Shown in pieces: positions 22,204 to 32,140 of a stretch of 64,000 bases of DNA (positions are counted from its first letter, which is position 1; each line of letters opens with the position of its first letter). Source of the stretch: Alphaproteobacteria bacterium. GTDB taxonomy: Bacteria > Pseudomonadota > Alphaproteobacteria > JAUHZC01. A model generated the notes under the pieces. It saw only the letters and a list, made by a program, of their open reading frames with translations. It searched no databases and was not told where the DNA came from. Made by a program: the position numbers and the translations under genes. Where the stretch lies: NCBI GenBank assembly GCA_030425805.1, contig JAUHZC010000002.1:90036-154035 (forward strand), read 5' to 3'.

Positions 22204-23013
22204 TTAAGCAATATGCTTAAACATCCGACTAAACCGTCCTTTGAACGGCCAATCCCAAAGGTAGAGGATGGAGCTATTTTCAATAGAAAACCACAGCACC
22301 TCAACCCGGCCCACCAAATTTTCCTCAGGAATAATACCTAAGAAATTCGGATTCCGGCTATCATCAGATTGGTCCCGATTATCCCCCATCATAAAGTAAT
22401 GCCCCTCTGGCACCACATAAACGGACGTATTATCAAACCGAGCCTGCCCGAAAGGAAGGTGTTTTAGAATGGGATGTTCCACACCATTAGGGAGGGTTTC
22501 AATAAACTGCTGCACTTTGTAAGGCTTCCCAGATTCAGGCACAACGCGATAATCCTCAATCCGACGGAGCTTCACAGGCTTACCGTTAATATGCAGGATC
22601 CCCTCTTTCATCTGAACCCGATCCCCTGGCATCCCGACAAGACGTTTAACAAAGTCTGTGTTAGGATTACGAGGTCCGCGGAAAACGACCACTTCCCCTT
22701 GGTGAGGACGACGATCAGAGCCAACCCGCCCCTCGAGAGGCACCATAGGAATATGGTCTGGACCATCACTAAAGCCTGTGAAAGACGGGAAAGAGTATTT
22801 GCTGTATCCGTAGATATACTTTGACACAAAAAGATAGTCCCCAATCAGGAGCGTTGGCACCATGGAGGGGGATGGAATCACAAAGGTTTGATAGGCAATA
22901 CTGCGAAAAATCACAGCAATGAAGAGCGCCCCTAAAAGCGGTCGTAGCCAATCCCAAAAATCTGACACAGATTGGACGTCACGGAGTTTTATATCTTTTC
23001 GCTTTGTGGCCAT
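22204..23013 (-). CDS. lepB: Signal peptidase I
   Basis: IPSPSMVPTL, FVKRLVG, GDNRDQSDDSR. Confidence 0.96.
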   Translation of the reverse strand: MATKRKDIKLRDVQSVSDFWDWLRPLLGALFIAVIFRSIAYQTFVIPSPSMVPTLLIGDYLFVSKYIYGYSKYSFPSFTGFSDGPDHIPMVPLEGRVGSDRRPHQGEVVVFRGPRNPNTDFVKRLVGMPGDRVQMKEGILHINGKPVKLRRIEDYRVVPESGKPYKVQQFIETLPNGVEHPILKHLPFGQARFDNTSVYVVPEGHYFMMGDNRDQSDDSRNPNFLGIIPEENLVGRVEVLWFSIENSSILYLWDWPFKGRFSRMFKHIA

Positions 23014-23118
23014 CGGCTACCCTCTCTCAAGTGTCATGAGTATAACGCCCCAGGCTTTGTGAATACAAGAGAGAATGACATGGATCATGTGAGGAGAAAG
23101 CATCACACAAACCTATAT

Positions 23119-23242
23119 ATGGACTCCAGATCAATTCCAGAGTGATGGTGAAGAATTGCTGTTCAATCACAAAAAGTCAGTCCGGGCTTAACCCGGATCT
23201 ATGGGGCCAACGGATTGCCAGAGCTTATGCTCCTCACAACGA
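23119..23242. repeat. Cluster of decayed RPE-like palindromic elements
   Basis: tggactccagatcaattccagagtgatg; gtcagtccgggcttaacccggatct hairpin; ggattgccagagcttatgctcctcacaacg; pieces shared with 26.4 kb and 31.9 kb. Confidence 0.55.
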
Positions 23243-23334
23243 TATTTCATTGAAACTATTGAAGACTTCCCAACAAGAGCAGAGCCCTAAGTTATACCTA
23301 GAGCTTCTTGTAAAAAGATGAAGCCATAAGTCAC

Positions 23335-23880
23335 TTATTTCAAGTTTCCATAGGAAATTAATGCCAAAAGTATTTCATCAATTGTATATTCTTTTTGTCC
23401 AAGAGCACCAGCCTTTCCCTTCTCCACAAAATTTCCAACTTTCCCGGCTTCCAGTAACTGCGCTTCAATCAACTTCCACAATATTGAATCCTCTTCTGAA
23501 CAAACATCGGGCATTTTTATTTGAGATAAAGAAGCCCTTGTTGGTTCTGGCCAAGAAGGCTCTACTATAGCTAAAGCAGGATTTCTAGGTGATCCCACAT
23601 CAACAACGCGTGGCCCTATATTAAAAGGCCCCTTGCCAAGCGCACCTCTTTTTAGCTTCCACAATACTGAATCCTCTTCTGAACAAACATCGGGCATTTT
23701 TATTTGAGATAGAGAAGCCCTTGTTGGTTCTGACCAAGAAGGCTCTACTATAGCTAAAGCAGGATTTCCAGGCGATCCTACATTAACAACGCGTGGCCCT
23801 ATATTAGCAAAAAAACCACTGTCTTCAGCAAAACCGCACGATACAATACATAATATTATAAAAGGCAAATAATTCTTCAT
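23335..23880 (-). CDS. Exported hypothetical protein with an internal 61-aa-period duplication
   Basis: Signal MKNYLPFIILCIVSCGFA; NIGPRVV...EEDS.LWKL occurs twice, 183 bp apart. Confidence 0.75.
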   Translation of the reverse strand: MKNYLPFIILCIVSCGFAEDSGFFANIGPRVVNVGSPGNPALAIVEPSWSEPTRASLSQIKMPDVCSEEDSVLWKLKRGALGKGPFNIGPRVVDVGSPRNPALAIVEPSWPEPTRASLSQIKMPDVCSEEDSILWKLIEAQLLEAGKVGNFVEKGKAGALGQKEYTIDEILLALISYGNLK

Positions 23881-24021
23881 CTTTAAACTTCTTTACACTT
23901 CATAATTTCGGAATAACCTATGACAATGGAGAAATCAAGCTCTTCCTCGCTGCTCTCACCAAAACTATTGAAGATTTTCTGTAAATATGACACAAAGAGG
24001 GCAGAATGATTAAAAGGAGCC

Positions 24022-24447
24022 ATGATGGCAATTCAACGTACACTTTCTATTATCAAACCCGATGCGACACGCCGTAACTTGACAGGCGCAATCAACGCTA
24101 AATTTGAAGAAGCAGGCCTTCGCATTGTGGGGCAAAAACGCCTCCAGCTAACAAAGTCCCAAGCTGAACGCTTCTATGAAGTCCACAAAGAGCGGGCTTT
24201 TTATGACTCTCTCGTATCCTTCATGACATCCGGTCCTGTGGTTGTACAGGTTCTTGAGGGCGAGAATGCTGTAGAGGAAAACCGCCGTGTCATGGGCGCA
24301 ACAAATCCTGCCAATGCAGATGAAGGAACAGTTCGCAAGGAATTTGCTGAATCTATCGAGGCAAACTCAGTGCACGGATCCGACTCCGATGAAAATGCTG
24401 CAAAAGAAATTGCCTTCTTCTTTGCAGAAACTGAAATCGTCGGTTAA
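24022..24447 (+). CDS. ndk: Nucleoside diphosphate kinase
   Basis: [16 protein letters not shown]. Confidence 0.98.
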   Translation: MMAIQRTLSIIKPDATRRNLTGAINAKFEEAGLRIVGQKRLQLTKSQAERFYEVHKERAFYDSLVSFMTSGPVVVQVLEGENAVEENRRVMGATNPANADEGTVRKEFAESIEANSVHGSDSDENAAKEIAFFFAETEIVG

Positions 24448-24481
24448 GATAGACCTTATTGGTTTATTTTAAGGAGGTCCC

Positions 24482-25870
24482 GTGAAGAAAGTTTTATTCC
24501 CTATTGGGTCTTTTTTCACAGGCCTCCTTTTTTTATGGGCAGGCCTGACTGCCTCTGCATTTGCCGAATCCACTGACATGGATGCGTACAAAGTTGAGAA
24601 AGTTCCTGCAGAGGCCAAAGGAGCGAGTGGAAAAGAAGCTCAGGAAAAAGCCTTCCAAACCGCTTTGCGTGAAGGAATGCAAATGCTTCTGGAGCGCTTG
24701 GTTTCAGGCGCAGAGACACCTGAGATTGAAGATTCTCTTCAGTATCTCCTCACGCATCAGGTTCATGTAGACAAGCAAACCTCTCACTTTTTCAAAGGAC
24801 ACTTTACCTTCCAATTTGATCCTACAGCCGTCAGCACCCTCCTTCAGGACAAGGGGCTTCAGCAAGCCTCTCTTTCTAAATCCCCTCTCATCATTGTTCC
24901 CATTCTGGACAAGACGTACCCCCCACTTGTATTTGAAGAAGAAAGCCCTTGGTTTGATGCATGGTATAACCACAAGCTCCCCTTCAGCACACACCCCCTT
25001 ATTGTTCCTGAGGGGGATGGTCAAGACCTGATCACCTCTCAAAAACTCATTGATCCCGTTGCCCGCAATGAGGGGATTGAGGATCTCTTAAAGCGGTATC
25101 CAGGGAAAAAAGTTGCCCTCATTACCCAACGCACTATTGATGAGAAAACCTCTTTAATTTTTGAAATCTATAACCAAAAAACCCAAAAGCTTTATGAGCA
25201 TACCCTTGCAACTTCGGGTACTGATGGAGACCTTGTAAAGCAAGCCGTCTCCCACCTCAATGTATACGCTAAACGTGGCGCAGCGGCCTCTGAATATCCG
25301 AAGGCTTTCACCACAAAGGTTCCAAAGCAATTTGCTGTTAAGGTCTACTTTGATGAGATTTCTCATATCACCCATTTGATGGGAGGGCTTTCCAGCTCTG
25401 ACCAAAAAACACCACGATTGACCCTAAAACATATGTCTTCGAATTATGCTGAATATGAGCTCCAGCACCAGCGTGATCTTTCTGCTCTCCGGGACTTCTT
25501 CTTAGGTCATGGCTTCCGCCTTCAAAAGTCTGAAGAGGGATGGGAAGCTCGGCCGATTGCAGTTCAAGAAACACCCCGTGCTATGACTTCTATGGAAGCT
25601 CATGACCCTGAAGAAGAAACAGCTCCAACAGCTTTTCAAGTAGAGGAAGACCTTGCCATGGAAGAAAAAGTGTCTCCTAAGCCTCCCATGCACGCAAAAG
25701 CGCCTCTAACATCCTCAGCTTATCTGAAGGCACAAACGCCGATTCATCCGCCCCGCCATCGGTCTCTCCGAGAGCGATTTCAGGCTGAAGAGTCTCTTGA
25801 CTCATTTGAAGAAGTTGCCCATGCAGAACCAGGCCAAGCAACGCATACCTCTCAAGAGGCCTTGCTATGA
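24482..25870 (+). CDS. DUF2066-like exported protein
   Basis: Signal peptide, A.EKAF..A.REGMQMLLERL, F.FQFDPTAVSTLL, PLIVPEGD; followed by a CDP-alcohol phosphatidyltransferase as in other Alphaproteobacteria. Confidence 0.6.
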   Translation: MKKVLFPIGSFFTGLLFLWAGLTASAFAESTDMDAYKVEKVPAEAKGASGKEAQEKAFQTALREGMQMLLERLVSGAETPEIEDSLQYLLTHQVHVDKQTSHFFKGHFTFQFDPTAVSTLLQDKGLQQASLSKSPLIIVPILDKTYPPLVFEEESPWFDAWYNHKLPFSTHPLIVPEGDGQDLITSQKLIDPVARNEGIEDLLKRYPGKKVALITQRTIDEKTSLIFEIYNQKTQKLYEHTLATSGTDGDLVKQAVSHLNVYAKRGAAASEYPKAFTTKVPKQFAVKVYFDEISHITHLMGGLSSSDQKTPRLTLKHMSSNYAEYELQHQRDLSALRDFFLGHGFRLQKSEEGWEARPIAVQETPRAMTSMEAHDPEEETAPTAFQVEEDLAMEEKVSPKPPMHAKAPLTSSAYLKAQTPIHPPRHRSLRERFQAEESLDSFEEVAHAEPGQATHTSQEALL

Positions 25871-26442
25871 TAGACCTTTTCAGGCGGAATCGTATTCCAA
25901 ATCTGATTACATTGGGACGCCTCCTGAGCGTTCCAGCAATTATCCTTTGCATGATTGCTGATGCAAGTGGTGTTGCCCTTTGTCTTTTTGCTTTCTTCGG
26001 GTTAAGCGATTTTTTGGACGGCTATCTTGCCCGCCGCTGGGGAGCAACCTCTGATTTTGGTGCCACCCTTGATCCTATTGCAGACAAGTTTTTGATTGCC
26101 GCCATGGGACTTGCCCTTGTCTTTGAAGACCTGATTCCCCTTTGGTTCCTTTATGTCATTTTAGGGCGGGATATTTTAATCCTAAGCTTTATGGGACTTT
26201 TTTTGCTGCTAAAAAAAGAGATCACCCCCCAGCCCTCTCTCCTAAGTAAGGTGAATACCCTGGTTCAGATTCTTTATCTTATGCTGGTTTTGCTTGAGAA
26301 AAATATGGGAACGACTATCACCTTCTCCGGGGTCTCAATACATAAAATTGGGATCAGCACTGTTGTTTTCTTTACGCTTATTTCTGGTACCGACTATGCC
26401 CTCAAAGCTTTCCAAATTTTGTTAAAAAAAGAAACTTCGTAA
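25867..26442 (+). CDS. CDP-alcohol phosphatidyltransferase (PgsA-like)
   Basis: IPNLIT, DFLDGYLAR...GATLDPIADK. Confidence 0.92.
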   Translation: MIDLFRRNRIPNLITLGRLLSVPAIILCMIADASGVALCLFAFFGLSDFLDGYLARRWGATSDFGATLDPIADKFLIAAMGLALVFEDLIPLWFLYVILGRDILILSFMGLFLLLKKEITPQPSLLSKVNTLVQILYLMLVLLEKNMGTTITFSGVSIHKIGISTVVFFTLISGTDYALKAFQILLKKETS

Positions 26443-26492
26443 AGCAATCCACTCATCTTATGGATCGCCACGCCCTTCGGGCTCGCGATGAC
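26438..26492. repeat. RPE-like palindromic element
   Basis: aagcaatcca...tggatcgccacgcccttcgggctcgcgatgac. Confidence 0.65.
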
Positions 26493-26549
26493 TGTAGGGA
26501 AAGTCCATGTATTCTAGCCCTATACCCAGGGAACTCCAGGAGCAAAGCT

Positions 26550-28493
26550 TTACCCAGCGACTTTCTCAATCTCATCCAAAGATTCAGGGTTTTGAAGTGC
26601 CTGACGATTTGTCAGGGGCTCCTGATTCAACACGCGACTCACAGCAATCTCTGACAACTTTCCATTGGTTGTCCGAGGCAAATCAGAGACCTGAAAAACC
26701 TCTGCTGGCACATGACGCGGTGTTGTGTTTTCTCGAATCTGTGTCTTGATTTTCCGCTCAAGATCTAGATCCAACTTTAGGTCATCTTTCAAAACGACAA
26801 AGAGAACAATACGGGTATCCCCCTTCCATCGCTGCCCCACAGCTGCAGACTCCAGCACTTCAGGAACTTGCTCAACTTGGCGATAAATCTCAGCAGTCCC
26901 GATCCGAACGCCCCCAGGATTCAGGGTGGCATCAGAACGTCCGTGGAAAATCATTCCTTCTTCCGGTGTAATCTCCACAAAATCCCCATGAGCCCACACA
27001 TTCGGATAGAGCTCAAAGTACGAGGATAAATACTTTTCATCACCTTCATCATTCAAAAAGCCCGTTGGTTTTGAAGGAAAAGGCTTTGTACAAACCAACT
27101 CCCCTTTTTCTCCACGCAACGGCTTCCCATACTCATCCCAAACATCTACAGCCATGCCGAGCCCTCGCATCTGAAGCTGGCCAGGATAAACTGGCTTCAC
27201 AGGGCTCCCTAATGCGAAACAGGAAATAATATCAGTGCCCCCTGAGATAGAAGCCAAACACAAGTCAGACTTCACCTTTTCATAAACGTAGCGAAATCCA
27301 TGATTTAGAAGCGGTGATCCTGTTGAGAGAATCATCCTCAAAGCTTCAAGCTTAAAGGACTTTGCTGGGTGGAGACGAAACTTTTCACAAGCATCAAGGT
27401 ATTTTGCTGAAGTCCCAAAGTGCGTGCACTTTTCCTCCTCCACAAACTGGAAAAGAATATCTTTTTTGGGACTGAAGGGGTTACCTTCGTACAAAAGAAG
27501 AGCTGCCCCGGAAGCCAGGGCTGAAACTTGCCAGTTCCACATCATCCAGCCTGTTGTCGTGAAATACATCAGACGATCTTTTGGCTGGATATCACAATGG
27601 AGCTGATGCTCTTTCAAATGCTGGAGCAATGTCCCGCCAGCTCCGTGGACAATGCACTTTGGTTTTCCTGTCGTCCCAGAAGAGAACATAATAAAAAGCG
27701 GATGATCAAAAGGAAGACGGGTAAATGTAAGGGGCTTGGGCTCATAGGCCTTCAAAACCTCTTCGAAGCGCTCTCCCGCGCTCTCCTCAATCGGGGATGC
27801 TAAATCATAGGTACTAATCAGAAGCTTTTCGAGGCTTGGAAGCCCATCCCTCAACCCTTGAATTGTGTCTGCCAAAGAATGAATGGTTGTTTTATAGCGA
27901 TACCCGTCTGTCACCAATAAGATCTTTGGCTCAACTTGTGAAAAACGATCCAAAAGGCTCTCCAAAGCAAAATCAGGAGAGCAGCTTGAAAACACAGCTC
28001 CCAGACTTGTCGCAGCCAGCATAAAGATAATTGTTTCCGGGCTATTGGGCATGACAGCCCCAATGCGATCCCCTGGTTTGATCCCTTGATCCTTCAAATA
28101 TTGCTGTGCCCGGGAAACCTGGGCTCTCAATTCTGCAAAAGTCAGTGTGCGCTTTTGATGATCTTGGGCCTGATAAATAATGGCTGCCTCTGCTTCATCT
28201 GCCCGGGGACGCAAAAGATTTTCTGCGTAATTTAATTGTGCCTCAGGAAAAAATCGACATTTATGAAATTGAGGATGAGGCTCGTAAGCTTGTGTGCCCT
28301 TCTCACCAACAACGCCTGTAAAATCCCAAACCTCTGACCAAAAGGCTTCAAAATCATCGATAGACCAGGTATAAAGGTCTTGTATCGTTTTCGAGAATTG
28401 AAAATTGTGAGAACACTTTTCTAAAAACTTGTAAACGCGTGTATTTTGAATCTGATCCTCAGAAGGGGTCCAAAGGGCAGACAGGTGAGACAT
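26550..28493 (-). CDS. Acetoacetate--CoA ligase
   Basis: FSSGTTGKPKCIVHGAGG, TTTGWMMWNW, SISGGTD, GRSDATLNPGGVRIGTAE. Confidence 0.92.
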   Translation of the reverse strand: MSHLSALWTPSEDQIQNTRVYKFLEKCSHNFQFSKTIQDLYTWSIDDFEAFWSEVWDFTGVVGEKGTQAYEPHPQFHKCRFFPEAQLNYAENLLRPRADEAEAAIIYQAQDHQKRTLTFAELRAQVSRAQQYLKDQGIKPGDRIGAVMPNSPETIIFMLAATSLGAVFSSCSPDFALESLLDRFSQVEPKILLVTDGYRYKTTIHSLADTIQGLRDGLPSLEKLLISTYDLASPIEESAGERFEEVLKAYEPKPLTFTRLPFDHPLFIMFSSGTTGKPKCIVHGAGGTLLQHLKEHQLHCDIQPKDRLMYFTTTGWMMWNWQVSALASGAALLLYEGNPFSPKKDILFQFVEEEKCTHFGTSAKYLDACEKFRLHPAKSFKLEALRMILSTGSPLLNHGFRYVYEKVKSDLCLASISGGTDIISCFALGSPVKPVYPGQLQMRGLGMAVDVWDEYGKPLRGEKGELVCTKPFPSKPTGFLNDEGDEKYLSSYFELYPNVWAHGDFVEITPEEGMIFHGRSDATLNPGGVRIGTAEIYRQVEQVPEVLESAAVGQRWKGDTRIVLFVVLKDDLKLDLDLERKIKTQIRENTTPRHVPAEVFQVSDLPRTTNGKLSEIAVSRVLNQEPLTNRQALQNPESLDEIEKVAG

Positions 28494-28559
28494 TTACGTT
28501 CCTTTAAAAAATTTAGTAAAACATATGCCCGAACCCTTGACCAGGCGCAAGGGGGGAAA

Positions 28560-29444
28560 ATGATTTTTCGCTCAATTCTTTTCTTTTCTCTTCTCATCAC
28601 AATGCTTCCAGGCTGTGGCAAAATTTGCCCTAAGCTCCCGAATGCCATGTATGTTCCCCAAAGAAGCCATCAAGTTGCTGGGACAAAAATTATTGTCGTC
28701 GATAAAGAAGACAAAACGCTTTTCAAGACAAAACGCCCTCTGTGTGAAAAACCTACGTTCATGAACGTTGCCAAAAAGGCCATTGCTGAAAAAGTCCCTC
28801 TTATGCTGATTCCTGATGGGACTCCTGGTGTGATTGAAATTGAGATGACTGATGGCTCTTTTGAATTGCTGCGAGAAGGCAACCCTCCTCACCCCACAAC
28901 CCCAAAACAGCTTCAAGGAGGCATTATTGATCTCTACCGAGCTCGGGTTGTTCTTACATTCCACTTTCCTCATTTGACCTCGACAGGAGATCAAATTGCC
29001 TTGACTCAGGGAACAGATGTTTTGGATGAGCCCTCACCTGAGGGAGAAGAGGACACACTCTCCAGCAAACTCATCATGGACCCAACCTACAATGAAACTG
29101 AGGTTGCAATCAAAGAACGCCTTGGGGAGACAGTTGAAGATGCAACGCCCCCTCCTCTTGCCCTCCAAAGCGCTACAAAAACAGAGGGGGATCCCATTGT
29201 GGAGACCTTTACAATGATTCGCGACCTGCAGGTCCAACGCCAAGACGCTAAAAAGCCTGGAGGGTACGCTCTGGCTATGGAAGGCATTTTAATGGATCTT
29301 GAAAACAGCCTTGATGAGTACCTCAAGGGCAAAGGCAAATTCCTTGTCCAGCGTTTCACTGCCCGGCAGCGGGAAGAGCGAAACATTGAAAATCTAATGG
29401 ATACGATTAAAGCGACCCAGCCTGAAAACATCAATTTTTTGTAG
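28560..29444 (+). CDS. Hypothetical lipoprotein
   Basis: ATG 28560 after GGGGG; lipobox LPG-C in MIFRSILFFSLLITMLPGC. Confidence 0.7.
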   Translation: MIFRSILFFSLLITMLPGCGKICPKLPNAMYVPQRSHQVAGTKIIVVDKEDKTLFKTKRPLCEKPTFMNVAKKAIAEKVPLMLIPDGTPGVIEIEMTDGSFELLREGNPPHPTTPKQLQGGIIDLYRARVVLTFHFPHLTSTGDQIALTQGTDVLDEPSPEGEEDTLSSKLIMDPTYNETEVAIKERLGETVEDATPPPLALQSATKTEGDPIVETFTMIRDLQVQRQDAKKPGGYALAMEGILMDLENSLDEYLKGKGKFLVQRFTARQREERNIENLMDTIKATQPENINFL

Positions 29445-29452
29445 GAAGACGT

Positions 29453-29695
29453 ATGTCTGCATCCGGCACTCCTGATTTCCTTCCCCATACCCATGTTCCC
29501 ACTGTAAATCAGCTTGGATATTGCCTTGGGAAGCTCAATTATCTGAGTGAGGCCTTTCTTAATTTTTCAAAACAGCATCCTGGCAGGACTCTTAATCTTG
29601 AATGTGTTTCCTACTCACCCCTGGGAGGGCCTGATACTGTGCGTGCCGGAAAATATGAATGTACCCTCGCCATTGCCGAGAAAGCCACATCATGA
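29453..29695 (+). pseudogene. 80-aa ORF, possible internally deleted class I SAM methyltransferase
   Basis: AGGA RBS and ATGA coupling to the next gene; family resemblance is from memory only. Confidence 0.4.
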
Positions 29696-30126
29696 TCAAA
29701 CAGCTTTTGCTCCCTTTCCTTTTTCTGGCCTTTTCTCCGATTGTTCAGGCATTAAGCTTTCAAACACCTCTTGAAATTCACACCCAAAATCATGTTCATA
29801 GCTTCCAGGTTTCCATTGCTCGGACACCCCAGGAACGCTACCAAGGACTCCGGGGATATCGAGGGCTTATGCCCTATCAGGGCATGCTCTTTCTATGGCC
29901 TCGCAAAACCCGCCCTAACATGGAAATGCTGGGTGTTTTGTTCCCTCTCGATATTCTGTTTCTCGATGACCAGGGCCGCATCCTTGAGGTGGCTTTGAAT
30001 CTTCAGCCTCTCTCATCTGAAAATTTCCGGCCTCACCAACCGATCTCCCAGGTTCTTGAGCTTTGGGGGGGAACCTGTGCGCAGCTTGGGATTCATGTGG
30101 GAAATTATGTGAAATGGAGACCTTAG
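29692..30126 (+). CDS. DUF192 domain protein
   Basis: IARTPQERYQGL, GMLF, FPLDILFLD, VLELWGG...GIHVG. Confidence 0.88.
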   Translation: MIKQLLLPFLFLAFSPIVQALSFQTPLEIHTQNHVHSFQVSIARTPQERYQGLRGYRGLMPYQGMLFLWPRKTRPNMEMLGVLFPLDILFLDDQGRILEVALNLQPLSSENFRPHQPISQVLELWGGTCAQLGIHVGNYVKWRP

Positions 30127-31853
30127 GCTCTTTCTCTAAAAGCCGCAGGCACATGACTCATGACATCTATTTTAAAGTCTTCTGCATTTTGTAGAAGACG
30201 CCCCAAAACTTCAAAATCTGAAAACTCCCCTCTAGGATCAACGAACCCTCGAAAATTTGAAAAAAGCCTTGTTTCGTCAAACCTCACCAAAGGTACTTTT
30301 ACTGTATCTTCTTGCCGCCAATCTGGCCCGTGCCTCAATTGATATTTTACGTCAACAACATAAATACCCTGCTCTTCGCCAGTTTCTACCGAGAGAAGTT
30401 CAGTCCTAAATTCTCTTGCAAATCTTAAATCTCCCCTACTTACGAATAGAGGGCTCGCTCTTGCTACTGCCAGAGCAAGTTCAGCTTCTGTTTCAATCAG
30501 ACCCACCTGAAATTTTAGAGTTTGAAGACCAATATATCCTTTGTAAAACTTTTCTGCAAAACTTCCCAAAGCTGCCTTTAGGTATCCCTCGGTTAGAAGA
30601 CGCAACCGATCTTCATCAGATGCATCAACAGCTCCCTCCCAAAACCTTGTTCTTCCCCCCAACTCAAAGTTGTATTCATGCCACAACCAAAAAGAAAGGT
30701 TTAACCCCCTCTCAATGCGCTGCCTTTCCTCTGCAGAGGTTGTCATTGAACCCATCTGCCAATACCGAGATAAAACATAATGTTGGATTACAGACTGAAG
30801 CCCCACTGGCAACCTCCCAACTCCTATAAGGAGGCGTTCTCGCTCTAAAGCATGCAAACCCTGTGACTCAGCATAGACAGTAGACCATAATGAGAGGGGA
30901 AAATGATTTCCAGAAATCAAACTTGCCATTTCATGCAAAACATCGTGGAGATAAAAACCCACTGCATCTCCCCTAATATTATCATACGGAATATCCTTTG
31001 GCGTCATGGGAACAACCGCAGGAGCTGCACCCATAAATCCCATTTCCATAAGCGTCAGGACTCCCGCTTCCACACGATGTCTTGGGTGAGGAAAAGGCCA
31101 ATCAAAAGATGGTGTTTCCCAAGGGAATCTTTCAACCCCCTCAAAAAGAGTGCTCCGCCCCTCAGGCACGGGAAATTTCTGACCTGTAACATCAGTTCCA
31201 GTTTTTGCGAGAGGAAGGTTATTCCAAGCTATAAATCCATAGGCCTCATCTGTCATATCTCCAAAGGTTCCAGCACATAAGAGAGCTACCTGATAAAGCT
31301 CTTTCCTTGTGAGAGATTTTTTTCCCTCAAGAAATTTCTGAGCTTTCCCTAATCGATCGTAATATGGCACACGTCCATAAAAACGGATGTATTCTTCTAC
31401 AGCAGCAACAAGACGCCTTGCATTCCAGTAGTAAGCATAAGGAATCCTGTGACGCTGTCCATTTGCAAACGCTCTTGCTGTTGGCTCTACAGTCTTAATC
31501 TCTGGCCATTGATTGAAGTTCCGCTCCTGACCCGCTGTGGTACATTGGGGACTCACACCGTAGCCAAGTCGGTCTCGACCAAGCTGCACAATAGGATCTC
31601 TAACACCTTCAAACCATTGCTGCCGCAACTTCCCTAGTCCATCAGGACGCTCTAAAAACCCTTGAAACAGGTGAGGTGGAATTTGCATTCCGGGGCCAGC
31701 CCCAGTTGAAAAACAAGCAGCAGCCTCTGCTTTTGAGACTGCTGCCCGAGCACGAATAGCAGCACGTCGAACACACGCCCCCTCTAGATCTGCGAAAGAA
31801 AAACATAGAACAAAAACAGCAAAAATTTTTCTTCTAAAGATAACAATCCTCAA
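30123..31853 (-). CDS. Exported orphan protein, candidate effector
   Basis: 576-aa ORF, TTG start (uncertain), signal-like N-terminus, YLHDVLHE and WHE motifs. Confidence 0.7.
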   Translation of the reverse strand: MRIVIFRRKIFAVFVLCFSFADLEGACVRRAAIRARAAVSKAEAAACFSTGAGPGMQIPPHLFQGFLERPDGLGKLRQQWFEGVRDPIVQLGRDRLGYGVSPQCTTAGQERNFNQWPEIKTVEPTARAFANGQRHRIPYAYYWNARRLVAAVEEYIRFYGRVPYYDRLGKAQKFLEGKKSLTRKELYQVALLCAGTFGDMTDEAYGFIAWNNLPLAKTGTDVTGQKFPVPEGRSTLFEGVERFPWETPSFDWPFPHPRHRVEAGVLTLMEMGFMGAAPAVVPMTPKDIPYDNIRGDAVGFYLHDVLHEMASLISGNHFPLSLWSTVYAESQGLHALERERLLIGVGRLPVGLQSVIQHYVLSRYWQMGSMTTSAEERQRIERGLNLSFWLWHEYNFELGGRTRFWEGAVDASDEDRLRLLTEGYLKAALGSFAEKFYKGYIGLQTLKFQVGLIETEAELALAVARASPLFVSRGDLRFAREFRTELLSVETGEEQGIYVVDVKYQLRHGPDWRQEDTVKVPLVRFDETRLFSNFRGFVDPRGEFSDFEVLGRLLQNAEDFKIDVMSHVPAAFRERA

Positions 31854-31936
31854 TTCTGATTCTTTTTTATGGGTTTTATATTTTTTTTATTTCTGGTTCA
31901 AGCATTATGGATAATTAAAAAATCACTTTGGGGACA

Positions 31937-32033
31937 AGATCAAGTACAGAACGATGGTAGCGTTATCATTACGAAGAGCGCCCAAACATCCTATGGATCG
32001 CCACAGGCCTTCGGCCTTTGCAGAGTTGATGAC
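31937..32033. repeat. Decayed RPE-like palindromic element
   Basis: tatggatcgccac identical to 26459-26471; agatcaagtacagaacgatggt matches 23128-23149 at 18/22; aggccttcggcct hairpin. Confidence 0.6.
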
Positions 32034-32140
32034 TGGAGGAGAGGAAGGCTCGTCGATGAGTTTGAAGAAGGTCATGCGATGAGTTAAAATCAAAAATCAG
32101 CTTTTTTTGTAAAATTTATAGCTTCTGTTATAATCAGCCG

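Noticed and set aside
31869-32087. 72-aa ORF upstream of ampG
   Set aside because: Runs through palindromic repeat debris, no RBS, probably spurious
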